Assembly (NCBI GenBank): GCA_965218695.1
Contig: OZ244651.1
Coordinates: 320,001-384,000 of the forward strand
Length of the DNA stretch: 64,000 nucleotides
Direction of reading: 5' to 3'
DNA from: Nitrosopumilus sp.
GTDB lineage: Archaea > Thermoproteota > Nitrososphaeria > Nitrososphaerales > Nitrosopumilaceae
Positions 61,855-64,000 of this stretch are shown one piece after another; the stretch's first letter is position 1, and each line of letters begins with the position of its first letter. The notes under the pieces are model-generated. The model was given only the letters and a program-made list of their open reading frames with translations, had not been told where the DNA came from and searched no databases. The position numbers and the translations under genes are program-made.

Positions 61855-62237
61855 TATTTTTCTTAGATTACCTGAGTGCCGCTCGCGAGTAACTGCCCGT
61901 CCCGGATAACCGTAAATGCCCGCCGGCAGGCGTTAGTTGCAGGCGTTGTGACAGAATCAGTCGTCTGAGGCCTTGGCTCGTGATTTGGTGTCCTGTCCTG
62001 CGCCTGCCGCAGGCGCCACGGCTTAGATTTCAGGCACCGCGAGTATTCTTGCCTCGCTTGGCATTGCAACACCGCCACGAACCCGGCATCGCTTATCTGC
62101 CAGTTCCCTCAAAGGAGGGTCTGCCACGATTCGACTGCCCAACGTCTAAACTCGAACCGCTGCGGCACGCAATGACTAACCGTGCCGAACCCGACTGCCG
62201 GAATTGAAAAGACTTCCGTGAAAAAACAAGTGGAAAA

Positions 62238-64000
62238 GTAAGAGGTCGCCTTTGCGAAGCGATTCCGTGCCTGATCTGCCCCGATTAATTACCAACTGAG
62301 CTACGTTTTCGGCCGTAAATGCCCATTTAATTGGCATTATTTCAGGTTTTTTCCGGGAGGGTCAGACTGAGCTACGTTTTGGCCGATCCGGTGATCGGGT
62401 TTGCGAAGTGGCCTTTTTTGAAGCGGCCGGGCGGTGAATTGTGCCGGGATCAGGCGAGGTTATGCCAGGCTGCCGGCGCGACGGGTCTGCATGGAACAGT
62501 CAGGGAGTGGATTTTGCAGGATTTATGCAGTTGCTGCTGCTCCTGTCGGAATTTTTTCGACAAGACCGTGCATATAGTCAACCAAAAAGTCATGCGGGTT
62601 GACTCCGCGCCTCCTGCACGTCTCGCGGACGGTGGCCAGGACGGCGTGGTTGTATGCGCCGGCAAGGCTCTTGCTGCCGCCTGAGACCTTCCGGGATGCG
62701 ACGCTGGGCCGCAGGGGGCGCTCGGCATCGTTGTTATGGCACTTTGTGTTGAGGCGGATGAATGGGAACAGGTGGGTGATCTCGCGCCGCAGCCGCTTGA
62801 CAAACCGCTTGCAGTGGGCGTCTGTATACTCGCCGGAGATCAGGCGCCTCACCCTGGCCAATAGGTTGCGCACCTTGAGGTTTCGCGTGGCCTCGTCGTC
62901 GTCCGGGTCGAGTCCCTTCTCCGGGAACCAGGAATCGGTGATTATCCCCTTCAGGGCCTTGGCGAACTTTTTGAATTCGGGCCCGGGGTTCTTCATGGTC
63001 AGGGTGCGGAGGATCTCGCGGAGGTAGTGGTAGTGGCACTTTTGGTGGGTCCTGCCGATGCGGTTCCACGCAGCGTGTGAATCAGAGGTGACGTGGCCGC
63101 CGTACCCTCCAAGCAGGGTCTCCAGCACGTCTCCTCCCCGGCTCTTGTCCACGTAAAAGACAGTCGAGTTGTCACCGACTAGTATCCACAGCCAGTACAG
63201 TATCCCGGCTACCCTCCAGCTGGTCTCGTCGCCAAAGACATGCCCTGAGAAGAATATATCCTCGAGCATCTCCTCGTAGAGCGGGTGGAGGGATCCCGTA
63301 ACGGCATCCACGTGGCTGATGACTGTCGACTTGGCAAGGCCTGCGTGGTAGATTATGTTGATCAGCTTGCGGATGGGTTCGTAGGGAATGTTGTACATCC
63401 TCATCGTCGTCTCAAGGCACGTCAGGCTGGCGCCGAACCGCCCCCCTGGGACGACCCCTGGGATCTCGGGGGCAAACTGCCTGCCGCATTCCCCGCAGTA
63501 CCTGCGGACGACGGTATACTGGATGCCGGTCAGCTTCCCGTCGATGATCTCCTCGACTACCCGGATGGTCACCTCGGTGGGCTCCTTCGAGAGGGCATGG
63601 CCGTGCGGGCAGGCGGGCATGTCGACTAGCTTTTTTTCGGATATCGGGGGAGGATCACGGCCGGTGCGCAGGCAGACGACCTTCCTGAACGGGTCCGGCG
63701 CAGGCCCTGGTGATTCCCGGAGCCGCTTCTGGGAGCGGCGGCTTTTGATGCCCAGATTCTCGGCTGCCAGCGCCGAGTTGGCCGCGCGCGCCTCCCTTAA
63801 CTGAGAGGCATGCTCTGATGCCTGCCGTTCCAGGCGGGCTATCCTGTCCATGACTGCCTGCGAGACGTCGCATCCCTGCAGGAGGGCGGCATTCTCTGCC
63901 CTCAGTTTCTCTATCTCGGAGTCCTTTTGCACATTCTCTTCTTCCAGCAGTTTGATCCTGGCATCCATCTCCGTCAGCATCGCGTGTTCCCCTGAGAAGG
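62238..64000 (-). mobile_element. IS66-family element copy B, inverted near-identical copy of 45475-47621, cut by the window edge
   Basis: Same TIR at 62238; identical protein; one synonymous CCC/CCA difference seen. Confidence 0.95.
62523..64000 (-). CDS. IS66-family transposase (5' end outside the window)
   Basis: Translation identical to the corresponding part of copy A. Confidence 0.93.
   Translation of the reverse strand, partial: FSGEHAMLTEMDARIKLLEEENVQKDSEIEKLRAENAALLQGCDVSQAVMDRIARLERQASEHASQLREARAANSALAAENLGIKSRRSQKRLRESPGPAPDPFRKVVCLRTGRDPPPISEKKLVDMPACPHGHALSKEPTEVTIRVVEEIIDGKLTGIQYTVVRRYCGECGRQFAPEIPGVVPGGRFGASLTCLETTMRMYNIPYEPIRKLINIIYHAGLAKSTVISHVDAVTGSLHPLYEEMLEDIFFSGHVFGDETSWRVAGILYWLWILVGDNSTVFYVDKSRGGDVLETLLGGYGGHVTSDSHAAWNRIGRTHQKCHYHYLREILRTLTMKNPGPEFKKFAKALKGIITDSWFPEKGLDPDDDEATRNLKVRNLLARVRRLISGEYTDAHCKRFVKRLRREITHLFPFIRLNTKCHNNDAERPLRPSVASRKVSGGSKSLAGAYNHAVLATVRETCRRRGVNPHDFLVDYMHGLVEKIPTGAAATA

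Noticed and set aside
47622-62237. Simple inversion between the two inverted IS66 copies
   Set aside because: It would make the outer flank of copy A the reverse complement of the inner flank of copy B; CAACAAGC and TTTTCCAC do not match

Overview
Archaeal window, most consistent with an ammonia-oxidising Nitrosopumilaceae (Thaumarchaeota/Nitrososphaeria) genome. The left ~39 kb is mostly core. It holds three tandem secreted thrombospondin type 3 (TSP3) repeat genes, tRNA-modification and KEOPS genes (taw1, rdgB, bud32, kae1, ychF, tgtA, tiaS), dph2, a Rieske/cytochrome b/cupredoxin complex III, a his cluster, HMG-CoA reductase, tRNA-Arg(UCU) and an initiator tRNA-Met with a D-loop insertion. 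The right ~25 kb is accessory and heavily invaded by insertion sequences (IS3, ISH3/IS4-like and four IS66-like copies); IS5-family elements also lie at ~7.9 and ~34.3 kb. An IS3 splits a ~1486-aa repeat surface protein. Two near-identical inverted IS66-like copies with ~72-bp terminal inverted repeats bracket a 14.6-kb decaying defence island. The island contains a type IIG-like N6-methyltransferase (broken by an in-frame TAG and an IS), a translationally coupled PLD-nuclease/SNF2 helicase (truncated by an IS), a DUF488 gene with a convergent partner, and a TIR-domain gene whose 5' end was cut off by an IS and whose TIR part the ORF track misses. All family calls come from motif recognition by eye; no database searches were run.
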